A DNA stretch of 64,000 nt from Chrysomallon squamiferum (taxonomy: Eukaryota > Animalia > Mollusca). Below the pieces are notes generated by a model, which saw only the letters and a program-made list of their open reading frames with translations, was not told the origin of the DNA and ran no database searches. The stretch is from contig CM022665.1 of the NCBI GenBank assembly GCA_012295275.1, forward strand, positions 45,942,001-46,006,000, in the 5' to 3' direction. Shown here piece by piece: positions 1 to 23,643 of the stretch. A program made the position numbers and the translations under genes. Numbering within the stretch: position 1 is the first letter of the stretch; each line of letters begins with the position of its first letter.

Positions 1-170
1 TGCATGAAATATACAAAAATGTATCAACCTATAATGTTATAATCACCGTATTTACACGTCAGAAAACAATAAATAGCAGTATACACAAAACAGTGGAATG
101 TATTACTCAGACCTGCACCAAAAATAATTTGCAACGTAATCACATCAGAATGACGTCACAGAATGACGCT

Positions 171-2420
171 TCAACCAATAGTCAACAAGGCGTGACGTCT
201 TGCAGACGACGGCGCGTCTCTCGTCGCCGACGACGTTTCCACGAGTTCGCGAGACACGCCCACGGGGGCGTTGTCTTCCCCGGGGGACGTGTCTCCGCTT
301 TCGTCGTCAGTGGACAGCGACCTGGCGTAGCTGAACAAGTACCTCGACTTCTTCGACATTTTGTGGTAGAAGTACAGATCCTCGAGGACCGCCGTCGCGC
401 TGTCCGCGCACTCTCGCACGGAGATCTCGTAGAAACTCGTGCAGCCGAGCTCTTCCGATCGGAGCTTTCCGGCCTTACGCGTGACCATTCGGTCCTGAGC
501 TCGGTCGTTCTGGTTTCCGACGAGAAACACGGGCGCTCTGGTTGCCAAATCCCCGGATGTGAGACTGGACTTTCGGTGATGCTTGCTGTAGCAGTTGATG
601 AGGAATTTGATTCTGGAACATTCGTTGAAGCTGCACTGATCTGCGACGGAGTACATCAGAATGTAGGCGTCCGCCCATTTTATATTTTCTTCAAGTCTGG
701 TGTAACCTTCCTGTACAGATTATTTAAAAGAAGGAGAATTTTTGTATATAGATAAATAAATACGTGTTATCGACAACGATGTTAATATCAAAATATAAAT
801 ATAAATTAAGTAAATAAATAAATAACCCGTCTTATTAAAATACCTGAGTTACGTATACCCAGAGGCGTCAAACATGAGGGAGGGAGTTAGCAAGGCAATA
901 CATGAAAATGCCAGTCAGTGGATGAATGTAAATAATTAAAATAACCTGTTATTTTTTATTATTATTTATTTTTATTTTTCTATTTTTATTTACAATAATT
1001 ATTTTTTATTATTATTATTATTATTAATTTTTTATCTTTTTTTTTCTTTATTATTATTATTATTAATTTTTGTGGGGAAAATGTTTATTTGTATCTGGTG
1101 AACTAACTTGGCAAATAATAATGTGTACGTTTAAATAATAAACTCGTGAACATTCAATTAATGTATTATCGTATTTATTCTCTTCGTATGTTCATATTAC
1201 TGTTTTTGTTGTTGTTATTATTATTAGATTATTGTTGTGTTCTGCAATTGTTGTCTACGAACTGACGCCATTATAAACGGAAGAAGAATATGTTTTTCAA
1301 AAATGTTAATAAAAATGTTAACAAGTCGTAACCAAAAACGGACTGATACAAATTATTGTTGTTGTTGGGGTTTTTTTAGCAATATTTGTCTACGAGCTGA
1401 CGTCACTAAAAAAAAAAAAAGAAGAACATGTTTTTTACAAGAGAGATATATGTATGTTAACAAGTCCTAGTCAAGCAAGGACTGATAAAAAGTTACTGAA
1501 ACTGTAAATTAAGAGTGTTCACCTTCTTAGCCGTGTCTAAAAGTTCAAATGTCACGTGATCTCCGTCCACGAGCTTGGAGCAGGAATAAACTTTCTCTGA
1601 AAGAAACAAAGACGTACTTACAGCAATGCTGACACGTTCACACTGCGTGCATTAATCACACTGACACACGAACAGACAGACATATGCCTTGAATGAAGGA
1701 AAGAAGAAAAGAAAAGAAAGAAAGGACGGACGAACGAATACAAAATGAACGAATGTTGCTTTAGGCATTTCTCGTCATATTTATATATTAATAATTATTG
1801 GCTGTCAAACATTTTATTGGCTTATTATTATTGTCAAATATATTTTTTATTTATTCATTTATTATATATTTTTTTTTTTCTTATTTTTATTTTGTGTTTT
1901 TTTTGTTTTTGTTTTGTTGTTATTTTTTCCCTACATCATAATGTATCTATTACTGTGGAACTGAAACCGCCATTCCATAATCTAATATTACCAGTTAGCA
2001 CAAAGAAATAGTTTTACATACACCTTCTCATAAACAGTAATGGATATCTTACGATCATTTCATGCACTAGTCATGGAACAGTGGTTGGAACGGTAACTAA
2101 CCCGATACGACCACCGAGGATGATTAATCACGTGACCGTACACGCTGCAGGCCAAAGTTCTACGACCGAGCTACTGTCCGCTGTTCTAGCGTTAAGAGAC
2201 AAAAACTTTTGAAAGCAGCTGAATAAACTTTCTTTGAAGTAATCACGAGAAAGGACATCTAAAAGAATGCTAGCATACGACATCAATCACTGTACGAACG
2301 TGCGTGCGTGCGTGCGTATTTCAGGCGGTCCACTGAACTTAAGACATGGTTTTGTGAAATATATTTACAGAAAACAATGTACGACTAGAGAGGAGAAAGA
2401 AGATGAAATGGTGATGTGAA

Positions 2421-2506
<86 letters not shown>

Positions 2507-4565
2507 CAGACAGAGAAGAGAAGAAACTAATTTAGTTTACTTACCAAGGTGAGGGTCGTATTCTCCTATGTATCGTCTAGTTATGAACCGAACAGTGAAC
2601 GCTGAAATACATGAATCATATCAAATTTATATTTTGTAGAGAAATTACATTTATATATAATTTACATAAACATTTCCTGGAGATTATATTCTTGTATTCT
2701 CTTCCTTTTTAGTATTATTATTTTTTTACTGTTGTCGTTATTGTGGTTATTGTTGTTGTTGGTGTTCTTCTTCTTCTTGTCATTGTATTTCTACTACTAC
2801 TACTACTACTACTGCTCCTACTACTACTACTCTTACTCTTATTATTATTATTATTATCATCGTCGTCGTCGTCATCTTCGTCATTATCATCATCATCAGC
2901 ATATAACTTTCATTATTATTTACTTACAATTTAGTTAGTCACTTTTGTTATTATTTCAGTAACATTTCGAATTTCGTTTCATCTTTAATTTTTAAATAAC
3001 GCATTCCTTATCCAACATTTATTATAAAATTTCAAAAATCATAAACGAACCATGTTTATTCGTTTTGTTTAAATTATGCAACAGTGAAAAATCTACAAAA
3101 CGAAACGAACCAAACAAACAACAGCGATATGAATTGTTTTCCGTTGTTTTGTTTTTTTTCTCACCAAAAACCAACTTCATGTTGTTATTCTAATATTTAC
3201 GCCACAGGAAAACTCTTCCCCTTTTAACAATAATTAGATCCTTTATGAATGCCACACATATAATGTGAACAAACAAAAAAAAAAAAAAAAAAAAAAACGA
3301 ACACACGGAGATATTTTAACAGTAAATGTTTGTCTTTCATAAATATCGAAATGTCACGAAATGCGCCCGGATGATCGCGAGCCAATTATCTTACAGACAG
3401 ACGGTCACGTGATGTTTATTAAAGGTCATTTTGTGTCTACGAACCTGCGAGAGACGTAACGTCAAAACACCACGTCAGATAAATAAAAAATTATAATGAC
3501 GTAAAATTACGCTGCTTAAAAAAACAAAAAAGTAGAACAGTTATTTGTAAATTTTACTGCGTAATATGTGAACCTTCGTCACGCGATTTTCTGCCTGTAT
3601 TAATATTTTTTATTATCGACTGGAACTGTTAGTAGTTGGAGCAGCATTGGCGGGAAGTAGCAGAAATAATAGTAACAGTATTAATAGCAGTAGTAATAAT
3701 AGTAGTCGTAGCAGCATATTTACGTTCCTTATATCCAAATTTTGTTGATAAGAAAACTCAGTTTAATCCATAATCCTAGTTTAATATTTATCTTTAAAAT
3801 ATTTTTTCAATTTTTACGTACTGTGTTGTGTTAGTCCATGAATTTATTTCTGCATTAAAATGATTTACTGTTTTTGAAGCATAAATTATTAGATACATTT
3901 ATACACACACAGAGATGTTATTGTAAACATACAGGCTGAGGATCCCTTACCCGGAACTCCGAACTATTAAAATCTGAAATCTGAAATTCCGAAATATGAA
4001 TATCCAGAATCCCAATACTTGGTGGGTGTTTTTGGAGAAATTGTGAAATATTATTGTTTTCTGTGTATTTTGCATGCACAAAAATTTATTTTTTACACTA
4101 AAAAATATTAGAAGTATTATATAAAAATTATACAGGCTATCTAGTTATTAAAAAATATAAATGGAATTCGTCCTTGGACTTACATACTCCTCTCAAGCAT
4201 AAAATTTAATTTATATGAAACATTTAATATCTACCACTATTGTATATATTCAGTTTGTCTTGCATGACTAGCTATATGAATATTATTATGAAAAGTTGAT
4301 TATTTTTTTTCTTCAATAGATAAATAATTTACAAAACACTGAATTTTGTATCCGTTATAGAAATCAGTGTGTAAGAAAATTATGTATGGTTTTTAAAGAA
4401 ATAATAAAATGTCTAGATATATAAATATATATATATATATAACTCAGTCTGGAAATACAACAGTGTACCAGGTTTATTTGTTTAAAAAAAAAGTTGTAAG
4501 ATATTCTATGTTACTTAAGCTAATAAATCTTTTTGTGAAAGAAATACTGTTTTGTTCCTACTAAA

Positions 4566-4606
<41 letters not shown>

Positions 4607-4683
4607 CACTACTACTAATAGTACTATTACTATACTAAAAGTGTATTATTAATGCTGTTAGTATTACTACTACCAGTATTACT

Positions 4684-4734
<51 letters not shown>

Positions 4735-5077
4735 AACAATAATAACAATGATGATAATGATAACAATAGCAACAAACAACAACAACAACAACAATAATAA
4801 TAATAATGTAATAAAATAATACTACTAATAAGTTTGATTGCAAAAACGTAGAGATAGTATTATTTCTGATTTTAGAACATTTCTCTATCTATCTACTGCA
4901 TTCAATGATTCAATTATATTTAATAAATCAGTTTAAATAAAATAAATTTTTAAAAATTAAAAAATTAACAATACCTGATTTTCCTACGCCGTTCTGTCCA
5001 AGAATGGCCACTCTGAAAGGTTTCGTTTTACTTGAAATTCTTTTCAAAATTCTCGACCCAGAAGTTGCGTTCGCCAT
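171..5077 (-). CDS. RERG/RASL11/RASL12-like Ras-family small GTPase, 4 exons, 257 aa
   Basis: Exons 5077-4975, 2601-2545, 1596-1523 and 710-171. All introns are GT-AG with matching phases (103+57+74+540=774 nt). Translation: MANATSGSRILKRISSKTKPFRVAILGQNGVGKS|AFTVRFITRRYIGEYDPHL|EKVYSCSKLVDGDHVTFELLDTAKK|EGYTRLEENIKWADAYILMYSVADQCSF...VFLVGNQND...FYEISVRE...ALLTIG*. The G1 P-loop (GQNGVGKS), switch-I 'RYIGEYDP' and 'WADxxxLMYS' are typical of the RERG/RASL subfamily. No CAAX box. Confidence 0.9.
2425..2501. repeat. (GA)n microsatellite (representative; similar long GA/CT tracts at 6238-6318, 10423-10557, 14855-14943, 15201-15290, 21615-21696, 28607-28684, 32867-32972, 36402-36451)
   Basis: Direct observation. 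Numerous (TAA)n, (TAG)n, (ATTT)n, (CA)n and poly-T/A tracts also occur throughout. Confidence 0.95.
3932..4200 (+). mobile_element. pogo/Tigger-like DNA transposon relic (left-end fragment)
   Basis: TA-CAGGCTGAGGATCCCTTACCCGGAA start followed by repeated AAATCTGAAAT/AAATTCCGAAAT motifs and TGCATGCACAAAA...ATAAAAATTATACAGGCTAT. By eye this resembles Tigger4/Zombi-type non-autonomous elements. No right TIR seen. Confidence 0.45.
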
Positions 5078-5399
5078 AACATTTCTCGAGCAACGTAAAA
5101 ACCTCCGCTTTGTACGTTATCTTGATAATCTGGTTTTTTGTTTCTCTCACAAATTCACCTGACGTGGAAATCCGCTTAATCTGTGTGCTTAATCCTCTCT
5201 CTCTCTCACCCTCTCTCTCTCTCGCTCTTTGTGTCGATTAAGACAATATTTTCAAAGTCCTCACTAATTAAACAGAAACAGTTTTTCCCCTTACGCAAAC
5301 ACACACACACACACACAATTTGTTTATCAGATCAAATCTCTCGAACAACCGTTACACACGCTTTACGTTAACATGTTTCTGTTTCTCTGTCAAAGTTTT

Positions 5400-5760
5400 G
5401 TTTTGTTTCTGCCGGGTTTTTTTACAGGCGAGATAGCATCCTTGATTGTTATTCATATTGATATGGTTACGGTGAACGTTAAGGGGTGTCAGGCAATGAC
5501 CTGTAATTAACCCTGTGTGTGGTTTTTTTGTTGTAACAAACGTTGAATTGACGGTAATTGTACGTCAACAGAGAGAAGTGATGTGTATGACACTTCGTCA
5601 TGGCGCGCATTAAAAGCACTGAATCAAAAATAAACAGTGAAAGGACAGATAATCGACGTGTGGTAACAACAACTAGGAAAAAACCCCAATAATTTCGCTA
5701 CCTGTGTTATAAAGTTACAGTGAGACATGTATATAACATAAAAAAGCAAGAAAGAATGAA
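5400..5760. promoter_or_regulatory. CpG-rich upstream/regulatory block of the Ras-like gene
   Basis: Unique CpG-containing sequence 300-700 bp upstream of the Ras-like ATG. It is almost identical to its inverted copy at ~36740-37150, while flanking sequence is much more diverged. Confidence 0.45.
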
Positions 5761-6234
5761 GCAAAGGGCACTGATAAACTTGTTTTTGGATAATTATTAT
5801 CTGCATTCTTTTCTTCTTCTTTCTTTCTTTTTGTTGGTTGTTTGTTTGTGTGTTGTTTTTTTATTTATTTATTTTTATTTTTTAAAATTTTTTATTTTTA
5901 TTATTATTGTTTGTTTTCTTTGGGTTTTTTTTTTTTTTATAGATTTTTTGAGATTTTTTTTTATTTTTTTATTATTATTTTTTTTTTTTTTTTATTATTA
6001 TTATTTTTTTTTTTACACTTACTCTTGTCTCTTTGTTTACTATCTTAAATGTTTTAACAGATGTTAAGTGATTTCATCTTTACAAAACGTTCAGACTGTT
6101 TATTTGTGTTAACTCCGCTCTCTGTGAATGTCGTTAGAAGTAGATTTATCTTCTCGCTAAGTTCACTCTGTCTGTCTGTCTGTCTGTCTGATACTCTGTC
6201 CACTTTCTCTGTTTCTATCTCACTTCTAAGTCTT

Positions 6235-6321
<87 letters not shown>

Positions 6322-7670
6322 TTTATTCTGATATTCTCTGTTTCTCTCTATACTTTTCTGTTTGTCTCTCTATCCATCTATCTCCTTACCTAGATGCCTA
6401 CATACTTACCTACCTATTATCTATCTACCTTTCTGGTTTGTTATCATGCTTTCTGATGTATATTTTCATACTGTATCAGTATTGTTATTTCCTTACATCA
6501 TTATCACTAGCAACGATGAATTTAAAACTAAACTCCACACAGAAAATTTAGATGTTTATTCTGTAAAAATATGTATGTTTATATAAAAGGCACACAAAAA
6601 AACAAAAAACGAGACACTTATAAAATAATGATTCCAGCCTGATTCATTTTGTATACTTCTAACTGACTGTTTATATAGCACTGGAAAATAGATTTAGTTA
6701 ATAATAAAGAATGACAATAAAATAACAAAGTCCAAATAGACAGGCTGCCGTTTTCCTGTCTTTCAAGATGATATTTCGTTTTTAGATTGATAAACAGACA
6801 TCTTTACTATATAAGTAGCTATCTTCGTTTGTTTACCTTAATAAGTATTTAATACACAACTACAAAGCTGCCAGTAGCATTAATGTAATATATATATATT
6901 AAGCGTAGATAATTACAAACGGATATTTGTAAAGTAATATCTATCGATATCGTTTTGATTATACAGTCCCGTATTTGTTCCAATGTTTCGCTACATTAAT
7001 ATATTAATTAATATATATAACAAGCGAATAACGAGAACAAACACAAAGTTTCAAAGAATAACAACCAGACAACGTTATTCTTAGATAATACTGCAAAATA
7101 TAAAGCCAAAAGAAAAATCTGTTAAATGTTTATTTTTTAATTTTCTATTATATGTGGCTCCATAATTTTATAAAATAGTTCAGTTTTACTGAAATACTGA
7201 TTACTATAAAAGTGTAAAAGTCTAGAGATTAAAACAACTAATATAAAGAAAGAATAATTCTGAGTTTCCAATGTTTCAGTTTAATTATATTAAATAAAAA
7301 GTTCTTGCTTATGAAGACTGAACCAACGCTGGATACTTTACGTTCTATAAAAACGTTTAGTTGTTCGTCATTTAATTATATTTCACATAAGTCCGTGTTT
7401 AAATTTGTTCATCTTTTCAACATCATAATTTTTTTCAGTGACTCATTTTGTAGACAAACACCTTTAATTTCAGGCTCTCTCGCTTATCCATTATTAAAAA
7501 AAAAAAAAAATTACAATTTGAAATATAACAATCTTCATAACAATTATGACAGACACTAAGTGAACTGTTATAATAGATGTTTAACTAAACTAAATTAATT
7601 TACATTTTAAAAACATTTGAACGTCATGAATTTCGAAGAAATACAAAACGTCACAACAGGCTGGGTATTA

Positions 7671-7709
<39 letters not shown>

Positions 7710-7719
7710 CACGTCATGG

Positions 7720-17920
<10,201 letters not shown>

Positions 17921-18149
17921 GGTGTTTTTAATGACAGTTCCAAAGCTGAGAAGAAATTCTAGAATGCCTCGCTGAAAGTCGAGCGTTCAGTTCTCCCGAG
18001 TAGAGTCTAAGTGCGGATAGTTTAGTTCTCAAACACCCGAAATTAATCCAATAACCCACTTTGTATCTACGTTACCGTAAAACGTAGACTTTTTGTAAAA
18101 TGTTTAATAATCAACAGCAGTAAATAACTCAAATATTTGTTTACAAAAT

Positions 18150-18770
18150 TTACGTTCTGTTTGAGTTTAACATGTGTTAAGGATAATTATAGACAAAGTG
18201 GCTACTTGAGTAGAAACAGAACTTTAAAAGGTAGAGGCGGACATTTGAATATTTTTGGTAAACGTTTAATAATTAAAAACCGTAAATTTCTCATATATTT
18301 ATTTATAACACATTTAACACGTGAATTTAGACAAGTAATAACAGTAAATTACTCATATATATATTTATAACACATTAAAGTTTAATGTGAACGATATTTA
18401 TATTCAAAGTAACTGCATGAGTAGATACAGAATGTGACAAAGTTGAGACGAACGTTTTCATATTTTTTGTAACATTTTAATGATTAATAATATTAAATTT
18501 CTTGTATATTTATTTACAACACAGTACAGTTTAACATGTCAAAGATATTTAAATATAAATGCTTGAGTAGAAACAGAACATGAAAAGATAGAATCGGACG
18601 TTTTTATAATTTTGGTAAAATTTAGACAATTAATAACAGTAAATTACTCATATATTTATTTACAACACACTAAAGTTTAACATATTAAAGATATTTGTAT
18701 ATAACGTGGTTATTTGAGTGGAAACAGAACTTAGAAAAAGTTGAGACGAGCATCTAGATATTTTTAAGCT
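18150..18770. repeat. Degenerate ~145-150-bp tandem repeat upstream of SLC22 copy A exon 1
   Basis: Recurrent TTGAGTAGAAACAGAA...AAAG..GAGACG at ~18207, 18418, 18563 and 18714, plus repeated AATAACAGTAAATTACTCATATATTTATTTA.AACAC. Confidence 0.7.
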
Positions 18771-19818
18771 GCTGTTTGTATTAATCTTACGTGTAAAAAG
18801 TGGAAGGTTTACGGTATGCAAATGAGATGGTATTCGTTACGTCATAGACAGAGACACGTTTCGTCTGTTACTTCGCGTCTTACTGTATTCGTGGATTAGT
18901 ACGAATTGTAAACGAAAGGGAGAGTTGTGTATGCTTTGTTTGTTTACTTTTGTTTTTTTCTGTGTTTAATCCACGTATAGAAACAATGACTGAACATTTA
19001 TGTTACGTGTTTTCAGCTCATTGGGTGTGGCCATCCGAAGTTTAATATGTAAAACAAGGCGAAATAAAAAAAGAAAAGAGATAAAAATGAAACATTAACA
19101 AACCTTTTTTTCTTTCAATCCATTTTTTTTTTTTAATAAATAAATAAATAAATTTACGAATACAGTAAACAAAAATTAATAACACAAAAAAAAAAAAAAA
19201 AAAAAAAAAAATCAAGTTACGTTTTTGCCATGCATTTCATAGTTTTCATTATAAAAATTAAATTTTCTAATACTATCTAAAAAAAAAAAAAAAACTTTTA
19301 TAAATAAATATCACTAGGAAAATCACGTTCATTAAAATTCTGTTTGTTTTTCTTAACAATGCAGTCTGACTTATGGTGGGTTATCCTCTCATGCGCCCTA
19401 CTTCTCGAAAAAGGTTGCCTGTACCTAATGTAGATAATATTCTTGTGGCTATTGGCTTTTACTGAGGGTCACTATATCATCTAAGTAGGTTGTTCAACGG
19501 GGTACGGTCAGTGTTTGTATATAGTCTCGTTTACCACAGAGTATACTGCACAGATAAATTATGTTTTGTTGTCACAACATGTTTTTCTGAGTACGTTGAC
19601 AAAAACTTAAAAACAGAATTTGTAAACTTCTCTTATATTACAGACAAATTTTGTTTTATTATCGTAACATTCTCTCTTCAAAGAACGTTGACAAAACGTT
19701 AAAAAAAAAAAAGAAATTGTAAATTTGTTACATCACTGAAAATAAAAGAACATGTTTCGAATAACGCAGAACATAATTAACGTAACAATTAGAAATGGAA
19801 ATATAAAATATACCCTAC

Positions 19819-19961
19819 CTGTGATCCGGTATGTTTAGAATGAAAACTGCCATCAACATCTGAATGGCACTCGATACAGCCGGAATACAAACTAAGAAAT
19901 AAATTCGTTTTTGGTAGGTACCGAATTCTCCAATGTACTCGAAAACGCTGTCGAATTTCAT
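19819..19961 (-). CDS. Second, diverged copy of SLC22 coding exon 1 (alternative first exon or relic of a third paralog)
   Basis: 143 nt, same length and phase as exon 1. Reads MKFDSVFEYIGEFGTYQKRIYFLVCIPAVSSAIQMLMAVFILNIPDH(R), followed by an intact AG|GTAGGG donor. No stops. Confidence 0.75.
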
Positions 19962-21592
19962 GTCCTTTCTAAAACAGTACGCAAGCCAAACTACGTCTTG
20001 TACTTAACTCATCTGAAGACATTTACGAGTTCAGTTTTTATAGCTTTGTTCGGACAAACATCTTGGAAGTTAAATTAACCTCTTTTTTATTTCTGTGTTA
20101 CTGTAAAACTTAGAATTTGTTGTCAAAATGTCAACAGAAAATTTCTAACAATAAACTGGCGTTATCGACATCTTTACAAAACGATATGAGGATATTAATG
20201 AGTTAGTATGGTATCTGTGTAGCTGTAATATCAGAATTAATAATTGTAAAAATACATATTTTTTATTTTTTATTTTATTTTTTTTATTATTATTTTTTTT
20301 TTTTGTCAGGATGGAGTTGATGTTAAATTTAAGTTTAAAAAGTGGAATGATTACGGTATGACAGTGATGAAGTATATTTTAAATGAGCTGCTATGTTACA
20401 GACTGAAATGTAGGTGTGTTTATTTTTTTTTACTGTCGTCTTATATTTTATGTGTGTCGTCCGTTTTGGTTGAACTTTGAACTTTTTTTTCTTATTTATA
20501 TTTTTTATATTTTTATTTTTTCATCTTTTTATATAAATAATGTGTAAAGGAAATGCAAAACAAGGAAAAAGAAAATAAACAAATAATTTATTGTTTTCTT
20601 TAGCTTTATTAAATAAATGATTGAACATATACAGGCAGACATACATGCACACACACATACATACATACATAATACATACATACATACATACACACGTACA
20701 TACATACACACATACATACATACATATATATACACACATATACATACACACATACATACATACATGCATACATGCATACACACACACACATACATACATA
20801 CATATACATGCACACACACATACACACATACATACATACTCTTAAATATATAAAATGAAATTATCTGCGTCCCATGTTTTTCACAGAATTATTTATTATT
20901 ATTCAACATACTAATAATTCTTTTTTTCTTTTATACGGGAGTATACTCAACACGACAGACAAATACGTTGTTATAGCCATGTTTTCTAAGAATGTTGAGC
21001 AATATTTAAAAATCACAGCATTTGAGAATTTCTTGCTGCCTTATTATTTTATGTTCATTTTTTATTATTATTATTATTATTATTTATCATTTGACTGAAA
21101 TATATAAAATAAAGAACATCATTTCGATATGGTTTCAGCAAAAGAAGTAAAGGTATAATGTAAACAAAAAGTTCCTGTTCTCCGATAATATAAAGAAACA
21201 TGTATGAAGGTATTCCATATTAACTAAATTTCAAATTAATTATAAATACATAGATCTGCTTAAAATAATTCTTTGATAATAATAAACAATCGATTTATTT
21301 CATTATTGTTGCTGCTGTTGTTGTTGTTGTTGTCGCTACTGCTGCTGTTGTTTCGATTTATGAGACTTTTCAACAAGGAAACTATTTCAATTTTTCTGTC
21401 TTTTTGGTGCATGTCCAAAAGTATGAAGGAGGGAAACATTCAAGTAACTCCAGATAAATTATTCATTAACGGAAATACATATATTTATGTACACACAATA
21501 GTAGCTGTTCTTTTCATGAATAAATTTAAGTGTTTGACAGTGAAACCTTTTTTATGTTGAAATACTAAAAAAAGTGTGTTCCTCAGTGTGTA

Positions 21593-21700
<108 letters not shown>

Positions 21701-22249
21701 CTTGATCACATAAATGATAACTTTTCGTAGTGAAAAATTAAAAATAATAATAATAATAATAATAATTTAATTTTTTTTTTTTTTTTTTTTTTTTTAAATG
21801 ACCCACATTTTATAAACCAAACTGACAAACGATAATAAACTGTAATTTTAAAACTTTAATCTTGTTGGATCGCACAGTAAGACACAGGTAGCTTCGCAGT
21901 TTTATTCTTAGACTGTAATCAAAAAGCGATCACTGCAGCCATTAATCTTAATTTCAATAGTTTAACAGCTAGGCAGTTAAGGTACCATTCCATATCATCA
22001 GTCAGTCAATTTTTGTTTTGTTGTTGTTGTTGTTGTTTTTGTTGTTGTTGTTTTGTTGTTGTCTTTTTGTGTGGGTTTTGTCGATATACTAAGATTCGCA
22101 CAGGAAAATATTAATTTTACAGTAGCGACACTTGTTACGTGTCCACAAATCAAGGACGATAACGCTATTTAATGTGGAGCGGTTGTCGAACTTGTAATCT
22201 GGAAAAGCAAAGACAATTAAAATGAACTGAAATGGTTTAAGAATAATTT

Positions 22250-23107
22250 TAGTGTTGGGCAAACAAACTGCTCCAGACTTAACACTGTTTTATAACCGAT
22301 ATTAAACTCACCGCATTAAATTAACTCGGTCCATTGTCTGTAAGTGAATATATGGACAGTTTATGTCACAAGTCGAGCACAGAAGTGGGCTTCACTAGCG
22401 GTTCAAGTTTGATTAATCCCGTACCATTTAAAACCTGTCAGTGCATTTTGTGTATGTGTATGTGTTTCGTTGTTGTTGTTTGTTTGTTTGGGGTTTTTTT
22501 TGCGGGGGTTTGGAGGGAGTAATTAAAAGAAAAGTTTAAAATGCAGCTTCTTTACACATTATGAATAAATTTCTAAACTTCATTGTTTTAACGTTTTAAC
22601 ATAACTATACCTTCAACAGAGTAATCAAATATTTTCTAAAATAAAAACCAGGAAAATAAAAATTCATCTTGAAAGTTACAGGTAAATCTGACCAATGACT
22701 ATATGACTTTTTTTTCAAATCTTCATTTCAGATTTTCTCGATCACGATATTTTTTTTTCACGGTACACGAACACTAAGACCGTCACCGACATAGCGGTGT
22801 TTGCACAAACTGTTTACCATGAATTAAATTACACCCAAAATCGGTAAAGTTGCACGCACGATTTTATGATATATAAAATACGTTTAAAAGGATTTCACCT
22901 CTGGTGTCGCTGTTTGTGTACATTCATTGTTGAATTATTTCTTCTTTTTTTTATTTTTTTATGAACATACCCGACACACTAAGGATAGAAAAGTTTGATT
23001 ATATAAAAAAAAAAAAATTAATTTTTTTTTTTTTTTTTATTTGAAGATTGTATTTTCTTTTTTTTCTTTTTATTTTATTTTCTTTTATTTATTATTACTA
23101 TTATTAT

Positions 23108-23138
<31 letters not shown>

Positions 23139-23190
23139 GTCGTTAAATATTCGTAGCACAAACGTCCTAGTTAATTTCTCAAAGGTTTTG
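22250..23190 (+). repeat. Inverted copy of ASB 3'UTR/downstream region (matches ~37595-38300)
   Basis: Examples: 22261-22450 vs reverse complement of 38105-38297, 22890-22945 vs 37755-37810, and 23150-23190 vs 37600-37650. The twin ORFs MSVSEY(M/L)DSLCHKSSTEVG in the ORF track reflect this. Confidence 0.85.
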
Positions 23191-23643
23191 TTTTTTACAT
23201 TTTCTATGCCACTTTTTAAAACCAAATCTCTGGATCGTTTTATGATACGAAACGACCTGACGATGAAAGTAAAAGTTTCAGTCTTCATGTCTCTTCACGC
23301 ACATTATTTTATTGACACAGATGATTGTTAGCAAATACTAATGTACAGAAACTAAACAAACATCAAGAAATATGGACACTGTGTTTGAATTACAAGTTCA
23401 CCGCAACATTCTTTAAATATGTAATTATATTCAAAGCTGGTAATGTTTTTCTGATTTTCACTGTACATCAAATTATCATGCATTCTATAAATTAGATAAC
23501 AGTTTTGAAGTCAGTTATTAAGACAAAAGTTAAAATACTTTTCTGAGATGATGTTTGGAACGTGTAAGGTAGTGGTTTTTTTGTTTTTTATTATAATGGT
23601 TTTGATTGTTTGTGTGTTTATTTATTTATTTATTTATTTATTA

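Noticed and set aside
93-755. 220-aa plus-strand ORF
   Set aside because: Antisense shadow of the GC-rich terminal exon of the Ras-like gene. It has a GTG start and no domain.
2732-2938. Low-complexity ORFs (poly-Y/L/I/N, SLSL, ERER, YLFI, VCMY) here and throughout the ORF track
   Set aside because: Translations of (TAA)n, (TAC)n, (CT)n, (ATTT)n and (TATG)n microsatellites, mostly with non-ATG starts.
5486-5503. Possible oestrogen-response element upstream of a RERG-like gene (AGGTCA-ttgcc-TGACAC on the minus strand)
   Set aside because: The spacer is 5 nt rather than 3 and the second half-site is imperfect. Only a generic nuclear-receptor half-site is supportable.
22334-22522. Twin ORFs MSVSEY.DSLCHKSSTEVG (with 38013-38228) as a small duplicated gene
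   Set aside because: TTG starts and divergent microsatellite tails. Explained by duplication of the ASB 3'UTR.
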